Assembly: GCF_036321535.1 (NCBI RefSeq)
Contig: NC_087437.1
Span: 119,166,001-119,230,000 of the forward strand
Reading direction: 5' to 3'
From: Camelus dromedarius
Taxonomy: Eukaryota
DNA: 64,000 bases
Position numbers and translations under genes: made by a program. Under the pieces are notes generated by a model. The model did not search any database, was not told the DNA's origin, and saw only the letters and a list, made by a program, of their open reading frames with translations. This document shows positions 1-12,351 of this stretch, in pieces (within the stretch, counting starts at the first letter, position 1; the number at the start of each line of letters is the position of its first letter).

Positions 1-2
1 CT

Positions 3-557
<555 letters not shown>

Positions 558-639
558 TCAGACAGGCAGCCCTGCACCGACACTGAGGCAGAAGAGGACC
601 TGGAGACGGGCGGCCTCCCCTTTTTCCTACCCCTCAAGG

Positions 640-782
640 TGACCCCATCACTGTCCCCCCAGGTACCCCCATCCCCCAGACACCCCCATCCCCGCCCCTG
701 AAGTGTCCCCAACCCCCAAGCACCCCCATCCCCACAGGGGCCCCCCATCCCCATCTCCCCACCCCAAACGCCCACCCAGGGG
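640..782. repeat. Degenerate C-rich (ccccatcccc) low-complexity repeat
   Basis: About eight ccccatcccc-like blocks immediately intronic to the exon 9 donor. Confidence 0.75.
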
Positions 783-801
783 CGTGGCCGCAGGGACTCA
801 C

Positions 802-983
802 CATGTGAGCGCACGTGCCTGCTCAGGTTGCTGCTGTTCTGGAAGACCTTGCTGCAGATGCTGCACTGGTAGACCCGCCTGTGCTCCCCGAGCTGCCGGA
901 CCAGCTTTCGCCGGATGCCGTGTCGGCTGGAGAGAATGAGGCTCCTCTTGAGGGTGATGGTGCCGCTCTGATGATGGGGGAAC
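802..983 (-). CDS. PRDM15: PRDM15 exon 9 (C2H2 zinc finger)
   Basis: ggcag|GTTCCCC ... CATG|gtgagt; 182 nt; (K)[60 protein letters not shown](G). Confidence 0.96.
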
Positions 984-1669
984 CTGCCAGGTTAGACACA
1001 CACACTGGTAAGACAGCTGGGACACAAGGTCGCTGGAGAAAAAGTCCAGAGTTACATCATCTTGGAAAGAGCTCCTTTCAAATCTTCCCAGCCTGACGGG
1101 GGCAGGGCAGGGACCATGCCTGGTGTCCCTCCAGCTTTGGGCTGTCTGGAGGGGACAGACACCCTGAACGTGCAGTGGCATCAGTTAACTTTTCACGTAC
1201 CAGCCACACATGTTACTGGGCTTTAGCTCTGCCTGCCAGGAAGCTGGAATTCAGTCTGGGCCTCGGCTAAAGTAACCAGATCTGTTCTTTTTCACTGGGT
1301 CTTACCTCTACCCTGGTTCCTATTTCCCCTGAACCTGATTTTTCAAATTTCTTCTCCCTATTAAATGTGTTTCTGATGGAAAGTCACCAATATCCTCTGG
1401 CGTAAGGCAGAGTGAAAATGGGCTATATTCACCATTTCTGACATCGCTCTGTTTTTAGGATTTCCGCAGGTTCCCGGACTACCCAGGGCCAGGCAGGTTT
1501 TGACCAGGCAGGCTTTGACACTCCAGAAAGGGCCCTAGTTTATTCCACTTCAGGGCAAAAAAAATTATATAAGAATAATAACTAAAATATAAATATTTTC
1601 TCTATTCATAAAAAGAAGAAGAACACCAAGTGTTAAACTTACAGAAATTCAAACTGTTTTATCACAGCA

Positions 1670-2410
1670 GCACTACTCACAACAGCCAAGGCAGAAAACA
1701 CAAGTGTCCTTGATGGAAGAGCGGATACACAAAATGTGGCCCGTCCACAGGACGGCGTATTATGCCGCCTGAGGTGGAAGGGAATTTTGGCACCTGCTGC
1801 AGCAGGGACGTGCCCTGAGGACACTGTGCGGAGCGAGACGGGCCAGGCACAGAGGGACCGACGCTGTCCGATCCCCCTACGTCAGGTGCCTGGAGGCAGA
1901 GGGGCCTCATGCAGGGTCTTCACAGAGACGGAAAGCAGCCCGTGGGTACCCGGGGCGGGGAAGGGGGTGGGGGAGTTACGGCTGTGTATGTGTGGAGTTT
2001 GGGGAAGGTGAGAAAGTTCTGGAGCTGGACGGTTGGAGGCACAACAAAAACCACAGCAGTGATGACACTATTTCACCCCCTTTTTGTGCCACGTAAAACC
2101 AAAAGGTTTTGATGTAGACTGGGAATTGTAACTTATTGAGAGATTTGGAATTATCAGTTTTTAACATTACACAAGCCATCTTGAGTATGTTCACAAGCAG
2201 ATGACCATTTTGTACAAGAGTCACATATCAGATAACCACAGTAAGAAGGACCCAGGCCTGCAGCTCTAGACACATGAAATACAGGAATATGACAGAAAAA
2301 GACTGAGCCACTTCTCCTGTGAATGCATTTAAAACCACCGAACTGTATGCTTAAAAATGGTTGATGATAAATTTTAACCCATGTGTAATTTATGACAATA
2401 AAAAAAGTTT
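1670..2410 (+). mobile_element. Old L1M (L1MB-like) 3' end, interrupted at ~2047-2317
   Basis: caagtgtcc...aaaatgtgg, gaaagttctggagctggacgg...cacaacaa // tgtgaatgcattt...aactgtatgcttaaaaatggtt...aaatttt resembles the L1MB 3'UTR. Confidence 0.75.
2047..2322 (+). repeat. Local direct repeat, copy 1 (~275 bp)
   Basis: Aligns end to end with 2934-3210, e.g. identical gcagatgaccattttgtacaagagtca. Confidence 0.92.
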
Positions 2411-2584
2411 AAACAATGGATGCACTATTAAACTCCTGGGCTCCAGAACGTTCCTGCTGCTGTCCAAGCATGTCCACTTCCCACCGCAAGAAAGAAACCA
2501 GTCCCCTCTCATCAGGCCATCTGCTCCATCAGCTGCCACCGGTGCTTCTGCCCCAAAGACGGGCGGCTTGCTGCCAAGACTTAC

Positions 2585-2705
2585 TTGGGCACGGAGCCAG
2601 CGTCGCTGGCGGTGGTGGCCAGCTTCCCCAGCACCAGCTCCATGATCCGCTCGTCCGGCGTGGCGGTCACAGGCTCCACCTCGGTCATGATCTCTGCCAC
2701 TTGCT
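2585..2705 (-). CDS. PRDM15: PRDM15 exon 8
   Basis: cacag|AGCAAGTG ... CCCAA|gtaagt; 121 nt; (E)[39 protein letters not shown](K). Confidence 0.95.
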
Positions 2706-2933
2706 CTGTGTGAAGGGGAGGGGACAAGCTGTGTCACCACCGGGGCTGGAACAACCCAACCCAGGGGACACGGCCAAGGGGCCAGAGCCAGGCTGAAGAT
2801 GTAGGCGCGGACTGCACGGTTTTCACGGGAAAAAGAGACTGGCAGTGTTTTAGAATCCACACACTTAACCTGGAGGTTTAGAAAAGCAAAATGTCACTCT
2901 TAAAACTGGAGTTACAATCTGTGATTCTTTTTT

Positions 2934-3210
2934 AAAATCACAGTAGTGATAACATTATTTCAATCCCTTTTCACACCACCTAAAACCAAAACATTTTAAT
3001 ACAGACTGGGATCTTATAACTTATTAAGAGATTTGGAAATACCAGTTTTAATAATTATACAAGCCATCCTGAGTGCGCTCACACGCAGATGACCATTTTG
3101 TACAAGAGTCAAATACCAAAAACCACAGTGGGAGGGCCTGGCCTGAAGCTCCAGACACATGAAACACAGGAATATGACACAAAAGGACCAAGCCACTTCC
3201 CCCGCTGTGA
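2934..3210 (+). repeat. Local direct repeat, copy 2 (probable source)
   Basis: Aligns end to end with 2047-2322. Confidence 0.92.
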
Positions 3211-4137
3211 TGCGTCTTCCTAACACAGCGAGTACTTTGTGAAACAATCACTTAATAAACTTTTCACCTCTTTCTTGTCTTCTCTACTTGCACAGAGACG
3301 CAGGGAGACTGTCCAGGGAAGTTTAAACCACTTTTCCTGAGACTATTATGTGAAGGCTGCTCCCTTGAATTCTCCTCTTTAATTCTGGGAAAGAACAAGG
3401 ATTTCTTCTCACTCTCACAGAAGGAAGACTGGGAGAGAGCAGACGGCAGAAAGAAAAACTGCCCAGGGGTCAGTAAAGGGGGTAGCGAGGGGACTGGCTA
3501 GTATCTGAGCACCACATCCGGTCCTCACACGGGAGACCCCCCAGGAATCCGCTGCTGCTGGGTGCTTCCGGCAGAGGCCGTGCTAGGACCGGCAGGACGT
3601 GGCCTCGTGGGGACTGTGCACCCGAGAAAGTGGGTCTAAGGTCCTTCGAAACTCAACTGAGGCTACTGTACAGTCAGAGAATCTTTAGCCATGGCCTGGA
3701 AACCTGCATGCCCGTCCACAAGCGATGGGGGAGCGGACGGTGGGACACCCACAGTGGACAACGATGCTCGGCAGCGAAGGAGGAGCAGCAGCGGGGAACC
3801 TGACGTGGATGAGTCTCCCCCACGTGCTGTGAGCAGGACGCTGGGCACAGAGAGTGTCCGGATGGGGAATGCCAGTCCACGCCGAGACAGGCAAGAAAGT
3901 GGCCAGGGAGATGGAAGTGCTCTCTGTCCTGAAAACTGGTCACAGCGGTGGACCCACTTGTCAAAGCTCACAGCCTGCACGCTCCGCAGTGCCAACTGCA
4001 CTGCATGTAGGTTGTTCTCGAAAGAGCTGATTCAGAGGAGAGACGGGCTTCGATTCTTTCTCCACAAGGGCTCTCTGTGCTGTTTTTCTGCCTGGCAGGA
4101 AGGCAACCCGGCCTCGGGTCCTTCCCCACTCCTGTTA

Positions 4138-4350
4138 CTCCTCCCCCAGGACCACCCTCACCCGATGGCTCCTCCCCCAGGACCCCGCCTACCTGCGAGC
4201 TCCTCCCCCGGGACCACCCTCACCCGATGGCTCCTCCCCCAGGGCCCCGCCTACCTGCGAGCTCCTCCCCTGGGACCACCCTCACCCGATGGCTCCTCCC
4301 CCAGGTCCATCCCCATCTGCTGACTCCTCCCCCTGGCCCAGCCTCACCTG
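4138..4350. repeat. 31-bp minisatellite, 7 units, alternating A/B subtypes (62-bp higher order)
   Basis: Units start at 4138, 4169, 4200, 4231, 4262, 4293, 4324; A=ctcctcccccaggaccaccctcacccgatgg, B=ctcctcccccaggaccccgcctacctgcgag. Confidence 0.95.
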
Positions 4351-4572
4351 CTGGTTCCTTGCCTTCCACAATGACTAGAGGCTGCTCCGGTTTGGATGCT
4401 TTGGGTTTTCTTCCCCTTCGAGGCTTTTTCTTCTGCTCTTTGGTGGTACCGACACTCTTGGGAAGGGAGGGAGGCTCCCCCCGGGGCGCGTCGGCTTCCT
4501 TCTCGGGAGCCGGCTCCTGCTGGCCAGCTGGGGGGGCACTTTTGGCTTGTTCCAAGTGGCCCAACAGGTGCT
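4348..4572 (-). CDS. PRDM15: PRDM15 exon 7
   Basis: gtgcag|AGCACCTG ... CCAGCAG|gtgagg; 225 nt; (E)[14 protein letters not shown]...[30 protein letters not shown]; contains basic NLS-like stretch. Confidence 0.95.
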
Positions 4573-5577
4573 CTGCACGACAGGGGCGCAAAAGCATAAG
4601 GCGGGGTGTCCACTGCTGACCCCCACTTTGTTCTTAATTTTATTTGCTAATAGTGTGCCTCCTGCAGAGGCAAATGAACTTTATTTCCGCTTTTGAAAAC
4701 AAAAGCATTTCCAATGCACCAAACACAACCATCACTTTAGAAAGTCAGTCGGGTGATGGGAGGAGGGCAGGTGTGTAAAACTGCACACACAGTCTGTAAA
4801 AACTGAAAGTACACACGTGTGCAGAGAAACTGTGAAAGAACGTATCAAAACAGTAACATGGTTCTCTCTAGATGGTGACCTTGCGGGCAATTTTTATGTT
4901 CTTCTTAAAGCTTATTTAAATTTTCTCATTTTTCTAGAATGAATACATAACATAATTACTTAAAACTGTAGCCTCTCAAGAGTATTAATAAATGTTTAAT
5001 TCATGATGAACATAGTTGTTCTTAAAAACATTGCACAAGGAAAAATAAGAAGAAAAAAGGAGATTAAAAAAAAAAACACTGCATGAAAGCAAGAAAACTT
5101 TGCTTTATTTTCAAGGGAAGAAAACCTCAGAGACCTCCCAAGAAAAGGTAACTAAGCAAAACACAGGAAGCAGACGGGTGGGGGTGGCCACGCCCCCCAA
5201 GTGAAGGTGGGCAGGGCTCAGGCCAGCGGGGTGGCCGCACATCTGCAAGAGGAAGCGGGACCCACAAGACAGGTGGGGACTAATGCCCTCAAGTGACCGC
5301 AGGTGCCTGTATGACTCGGCCAAGGACTAGTTCTTCCCATCACCAACCTCAACTACAGGCCACAAAACCAGAGACACTCCCCCTCCCCTACAAACTGTAA
5401 GACACGGCTGAGCTTCAGAGAAAGCAAACGAGGTCCCTCGGTGGGAGCCAGACGTGCAGAGAAGCTTCAGGTCAAAGCCCAGAAGTGCGAGCTGACAGAG
5501 GCCCGGGGAGGAGACACAGGCTGGGGAGCAGAACCGCTTGGGTAAAGCCAGGGAACTCCCGAGGGCCGTGTGTCCTA

Positions 5578-6000
<423 letters not shown>

Positions 6001-6949
6001 TCACAGATGAGGAAACGGGCCACACAGCGCTGTCACAGTCACAGAAATGTGGCCTCCTCCCACGAGCCGGTCCAGGGGGACCAGACGCACCCCCTCATAC
6101 AACATTGAGAAAAAGCACATCCTACAGCCCAAGTCGAGTCCCCTAGTCTCTCAGCGGCTCAGGCAACGAGAAAGGGCAGAACCTGAAGCAGCTGGGCAGT
6201 GGGCCCTCAGCCCGGTCTGGCCGCAGCGCCTGCCTGGCGTGTCCAGCAGAGCTTCCCGCAGTGACACGCGTTCTCCCCGGTGTCCCCGACGAGAGCGACT
6301 AGGACAAGAAAAGGCAGCAGCTGTGCTGGACACCGTGGTCCCGGGCTCACTTCATTAAGATCTCTGCCCCAGGGTGAGGAGCTCTCCCACAGGTGAGAAG
6401 GCAACAGCGCAGCAGCACCTCCAAGAAGGGGAGGCGACCTTAACGCCGACTTTGACTCTGAGAGACCAGGGTGTGCCGTCCTCCAGGGTGTGACCTCGAC
6501 AGCTGAAAAGGTCAGCTCCTAACAACCCAAACCTAGATGTGCAGTCTGGGCTGGTCCCGGGGCACATGAGAAAACCAGGTCAGGAAGATCCCCAGGACCC
6601 TGGACAGCACCCGGGCAACTGGCCTCGGTCGTGGTGCTTGGAAATGACCCCTGACCCAGTGGGGTGCCGCTGCAGGGGCCTCCCAGGGGGCCAGGCCAGG
6701 TACCTGGTTTTAGCAGATCCTAGAGAGAATCCAGACTGGGAGCAGTCTGGTGAAAAACCAAAGGTCTCACTAATAAATTCTCTCTGCCACCTTCACTATC
6801 AAAATAAAGCAAGCCCCATGAAGCCCAGTCTTCCTCTGCAAATACCCCTGTGAGGGGACAGACCCTCTGCTGCCACCAGACCCTGAGTGCTGGCCTTGTG
6901 ACATTCCCCAGGGAGCCCCAGAGGCTCCCTGTGCCACCAGCCTCCACCC

Positions 6950-7300
6950 AGCCTGGCCCCCAAAATTCACATCCACCTGGAATCTTCAGGTAGGGTCTGT
7001 GCAGATGGAATCAAGGAAGGTGGGTCAGACTGGATCAGGGCGGTCCTAAATCCAATGACTGGTGTCCTTGTAAGGAGAGAACCCAGAGACACAGGGAGAG
7101 ACCCAGGCAGCCGCAAGCCAAGGCATGGCAGTGCTGCCAGCAGTACTGCAGCTGGACGGAGGCCAGGAAAGGGTCCTCCCTCACGGCTGGCAGAGGAACC
7201 GGCCCTGCCGACACCGCGATCTTGGACTTCAGGCTTCCAGCCTGTGAGATGACAGACTTCTACCACTGAAGCCGCGGTTTGTGGTGCTTTGTTTGGGCCA
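6950..7300 (+). mobile_element. MaLR LTR (MLT1B/C-like)
   Basis: cctaaatccaatgactggtgtccttgtaag, ggccctgccgacacc...atcttggacttc...ccagcctgtgagat. Confidence 0.8.
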
Positions 7301-7809
7301 CCTCACGATGCCTCCCCCCAGGCTGCAGTGTGTGCCCACCCAGAGGGCTCACAGACCCTCAGCCACCATGTACACGTGAGGCAGGCCAGAACCTTCCAAA
7401 CATATCGGGCCTCTCACTCTACAGAGCCGTCTATATCCCATGGTGCTCATAACAAAAGGAGTCATTTTCTTGTCCGGATTCTGTTGTTTTGAGGGTCAGA
7501 AGGAAAGTCAGTGCCGACTTGTGCCCCCGAGGGAGTACAGCCTCTGGGCCGTCTCAGGTGGAGCCGCAGGAAATCACTGCTCTCCCAGGTCACGGCTAAG
7601 CGTGAGCCAGGTCACCTGGCAGCCCAAGGCTGGGTGGAGAGGACAGACACCCAAAGGACCCACAAGACCCACAAGATGGGCGGGAAAGATTTAAATTCAC
7701 TGGGTCCATTCACAAGGTGATGCCCAATCCTGGGTTAGCAGGAATGCATTTTGATTTGCTTTTCCAATAGGATGTGGGTGACTTCACTGGGTCTTCCTTT
7801 GACCACGGG

Positions 7810-7910
7810 CATGCACACTCATACACATGCACGCACAAACGCATGCATGCACACATGCATAGACACACACATGCACAGACACACACGCACATGCACACAC
7901 ACACACACCC
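7810..7910. repeat. Imperfect (CA)n/(CATG) microsatellite
   Basis: atgcacactcatacacatgcacgcac...cacacacacac. Confidence 0.9.
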
Positions 7911-7954
7911 CCCAACCTCCGGGAGGAGGCTGCTGGAAGGTGGCCAGCACCAGA

Positions 7955-8065
7955 GCCAGTGTCGGGGTTTAAATCCTGACTCCTTCCCTCTCCACACTGT
8001 GACTCAGGGCCAGCTCCTTAACCTCGCTGTGCTCTGTTTCTGCCCAAAACCAGGGACAATAACCT
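7955..8065 (+). mobile_element. MIR SINE fragment
   Basis: ggtttaaatcctgactcc...ctgtgactcagggccagctccttaacctcgctgtgctctgtttc matches the MIR core. Confidence 0.65.
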
Positions 8066-8370
8066 GACCTTGGAGGACCAGGCAGGTGAGTCACGCGTGG
8101 AAGGTCCCAAGGGCAGAGCTGAGCCCAGCTCACCGTCGCAGGGCTGGAGGCAGAGCTTTCTGCCAGCAAGCTTCTGGCTGAGGGTCTCGGCCCGGACAGT
8201 CAACAAGCAGAATAACAGAGCCACCACGTGGGGTCAGGGCTGACCCCGCAGCACTCCCTGTACCAGCCAGCTCGCCTGGCCGATCCCCTGAGGTCGGACT
8301 GCTGCCCGGGACCCAGGGGCCGTCAGTAGATAGAGGGCGGGCGGCGGCGGGGCCAAGGGGCACCACATAC

Positions 8371-8623
8371 CAGGGAGCCCGGGGCAGGCCTGCCGCAGCA
8401 TCGGCTTGTCCATCCTCTTGGCGTAGAAGGCCGCATACCACACGCGCAGCTCGGTGCCAGGGGGGATGTCGCGCGAGGTGGTGAAGTAGACGTCACTGCC
8501 GTGCTGGAAGGCGGTCAGGTTCTGGTGGCCAGGCTCTGCCGCCGGCCGCACCAGCATCATCCAGTTGCAGTCATCCTCGTTGGAGGTGTCGAAGCACACG
8601 GGGTGCCCGTCCTTCTGGAACAC
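8371..8623 (-). CDS. PRDM15: PRDM15 exon 5 (PR/SET domain C-terminal half)
   Basis: ccgcag|GTGTTCCAG ... CCTG|gtatgt; 253 nt; [28 protein letters not shown]...[23 protein letters not shown] with PR-domain NWM and ELRVWY motifs. Confidence 0.97.
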
Positions 8624-8865
8624 CTGCGGGTGAGCGCGGCCGGGAGCAGTTACCCACGGGTCCGTGCGCCAGCCCGTGTGCCAGCCCATGGTGGGGCATG
8701 CTGGGCAAACAGTCTAGAAAGAGCCGCATCAGAGGCCACACCAGGCCATATGGGATCTGTTCCGGCATTTACACTGGTAGGAGGCACAAGGAATCCACGG
8801 GGCTTGAATAGGTCAGGCCGGTCACAGGCAAAAGGGGACAGGAGACACAGAAAAAGGCTCGGTGC

Positions 8866-9150
8866 TGAGACCTGAGTTCCACGCATGGCCCAGGTGAGAA
8901 TGGGACGCCTTATTTCAACCTGTGGGCCAGGTGGGCACCTGGACGCGTGAGCTCTACTCCTGTTCCCGGTTTTTCGAGGAAACCTGAGTTCTACTCCCAG
9001 GAGTCATAAGGAGACCTGAGTTCTGTGCATGGCCCAGGTGGGAGCTGGGACATCTGAGGTCTACTCGTGTGGTCCAGGTGTCACTGGGACACCTGAGCGC
9101 TAAACCTGGGCCAGGTGTATCAGGACGCCTGAGTTCTTCTCCTGGCCCTG
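8866..9150. repeat. Degenerate ~32-39 bp minisatellite, ~8 units
   Basis: Recurring ga(c/g)acctgagttct...ggcccaggtg. Confidence 0.85.
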
Positions 9151-9642
9151 TTGCAAGTATGCTCAGTGGCTTTAGCAGAGTCCTCCATCTTTATAAGCTG
9201 TCCCCTCATCTGCAGAGCAGCACCGTTGCCTTACAGGTTAAATGCAGGCAGGGAGCAGGGGGAGAAGCTGGAATATTTTGAAGTTCAAAGTAACCACATG
9301 GAATAGGGGGCCCTTGTCCTCTATTCTCTGACTCAATCTTTGCTTCCTCACTGGGCTCTTCCTGTAGGGGCCCCCACTGCTAAGAGGTAGAGGCCCCCCT
9401 CAGAGGATGGAGCCCTCAGAAGCCAGAGGAGGGGGCAGAGGGGGCCGCCAGGTGCCTAAGGACCCCCAGCTGGTGTTGGGGCTGCTCCCAGCGGGCCTCA
9501 CCCTCCCTCTGCAGGCATAAAGCTGCCCCCGGCACACAATACAGAGGTGTTTCCGAGACATTTGTGAATCACTGGAACTCAGTGGGCATTGCCTGCCACC
9601 CCACCCCCCCCCCCCCGCGGAATCTGCACAGAAGGAAAGTCA

Positions 9643-9900
<258 letters not shown>

Positions 9901-11302
9901 CTAGGGGACAGACGGTAGGATGACAGAAAAGGTCGCTCTAACCGACCCCCTAGAGCAGGCAGTGGAGGGGCGTTTCCCAGAGGATGCATTTAAAATCTCT
10001 GCCCAAAAGACAGCTGCCAGCCTGAGTGTGGACTGCGGCACGCCAACAGAGAGGGAGGGAGGACCACAGAGAGACCACGAAGGGGTGCCACGTGGAAAGT
10101 GCCACGTGGAAAACCAAAAGTGCCAGGGCATTCCAAAGACTAGAAAAGGGTTTCCAGCTAGGATGCCTGGGGCCAGTTTCAGTGAGGATGTGACCTTTTT
10201 AAGTAAACTTGAATGTCATGGGGGCTGAGACCCAGCAGGAGCTAAGGCAAGGGCAAGCCTGACCCACGTCCGGGAGCAGGGTGGACCCCGAGGGCGCCTG
10301 CAGCGCAGACCCCTCATGGGGCGGGCAGGAGGCCAGGCTGATGGAGGAGCGCATCCCAAAGGCCCCACTGAGGGACTGATGCTTCCCACTGGATTTCTGT
10401 GGGCAACATGCAACCACTGAAGGTTCTGGAAGAGAGCTAATGAGCTCTCCACTTCAGCCAAAAATAGTGATCTCTCTGCTTTGTAAAGTCACAGTGAGAG
10501 AAAGTAAATAAAGAAGCTAGGAAAACCAGTGGGGAGGCTTCTAGAAATAGCACGGATGAGATAACTTAAGCGCCACCACGTGCCAGGCCCTGAGTCAGGG
10601 ACAATGACCACTTTCCAGGTGGTACTTTTATCTCTTCACTTTCCAGAGGAGGCAACTAGGGCGCAGAGAGGAGCACGCCTCGTCTGCGTCCAAACACCTA
10701 CTACACAGCAGATGGGGCTGTGACCCAGACGGCCCTCGGGGGACACGGTAGCCACCCCTCGGGGAAACGCTCAGTGGCAGAGCCATGGAGCCGCCTCACC
10801 AGATCTGCAGGTGCTTTTCCAAAGCTGCAACGGCTCTGCCTGGCTCCCTGTATGCCCCACCCCCCTTGCCCAGAGCGGGCATGTCTGATGGCAGGACTGG
10901 GTTTGGACCATGGGGGACACTGAATGAACAGACCTACGACCTTGGCCATGGCCGCTCAAAGCATAAGTTAACGCAGCCCATCAGCTCTTCCACGGCTGCC
11001 CGCGGCATCTGATATAGCTCGCCTCCTGAGAACCAGGAACGGGATAAAAGACCTTGACCCTGAAGCCTCTGCAGCACCCCCGGGCTCATCCCGCGGGCAG
11101 GCGGCCGACTCAGCTCGCGGTGGGATGGAGGTCCCGGCTGGCCTCCGGAACCAGGGCCAGTCCTTCTCACGGAATCTTTCCTTCCTTGTTGTTTTCTCCC
11201 TTTGTACAGACGTCAAGGCCGCCAAGCTCCGGCCGCAGTCGGACATGCAGACAACCCTGTTTGACAGGCAGGACCGTACAGACAGCTCGCGGCTATCACT
11301 CA

Positions 11303-11542
<240 letters not shown>

Positions 11543-11895
11543 TCAAAGCAGGCAGAGTCACCTCTCTGGTGATAAAGGACGTCTTTCCCCGGGAATGAGA
11601 ATCAATGAACATTCATCAACTTAACCTGTTTATCATAAATCTAATGTGTTGTAAACCTCTTTCTGAACCCAGGAGTCACTTTTTTGAGTCAACAGCTAAC
11701 CCTGCAAAGTGCCCTCCGCTGGGAGTGCTGAGAAGGTGAGTCTTTTAAAACCACAGCCAGCAGCACCTTTCTCATGGAACAAATAAATTGTGGTTTGCAA
11801 AGCAGGTAAAGTCACTTCAATTTAAAAAGAGACAGCTTTTCTCCATCGTGAACACCAGGTGCATGGGCGCGGAGGGCGGGCCTCGGGCCACTCAC

Positions 11896-11929
11896 AGATG
11901 AACATGATCTCCTCGCCGTCTTCCGCCAT
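11896..11929 (-). CDS. PRDM15: PRDM15 exon 2, main start codon (whole exon 11896-11938 with 9 nt before the ATG)
   Basis: ggcag|GTGTCGGCG ATG GCG GAA GAC GGC GAG GAG ATC ATG TTC ATC T|gtgagt = MAEDGEEIMFI(W); Kozak context gcgATGG. Confidence 0.94.
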
Positions 11930-12240
11930 CGCCGACACCTGCCGGGACAGAGAGCCACGTCAGGGACCAGCGCTTCCCCAAGCCAGGTTCAAAGACAGTT
12001 CCTGCCGACGGCCGCCTGGAGCCTGTGTAGGCGCTGACTCTGTGCTTTAAACACAGCACGCAGCAGGGCCCCCATGCCGTGGAGCGGGGCTGCCGGCCTT
12101 GCAGTGGTCTCTCGCCTAAAATGATGCTGCTTTTAGTAAAAGCCACTGGCCAGTGGCTCTAGATTAGGAAGTCTTCGCGAACTTCCCCTTTCTGTATCAG
12201 CCATCTATTTCCATTTGTAAAAGAAACATACCACCATTTG

Positions 12241-12351
12241 GGGGGTGGGTAACTAGTTTATTTATTTATTTTAACAGAGGCACTGGGGATTGAGCCCAGG
12301 ACCTCGTGCATGCTAAGCACGTGCTCTACCACTGAGCTACACCCTCTCCCC
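12241..12351 (-). mobile_element. Camelid tRNA-derived SINE (Vic-1 type)
   Basis: Reverse strand GGGTGTAGCTCAGTGGTAGAGCACGTGCTTAGCATGCACGAGGTCCTGGGCTCAATCCCCAGTGCCTC then (TAAA)n; flanked by the repeat cataccacca at 12227-12236 and 12355-12364 (TSD-like). Confidence 0.9.

Noticed and set aside
4138..4350. Regularly spaced repeats resembling a CRISPR array
   Set aside because: Contiguous tandem units without unique spacers, no cas genes, mammalian intron
3691..4619. Plus-strand ORFs of 210 aa and 180 aa
   Set aside because: Run through the minisatellite and antisense of PRDM15 exon 7; no recognisable product or splice structure
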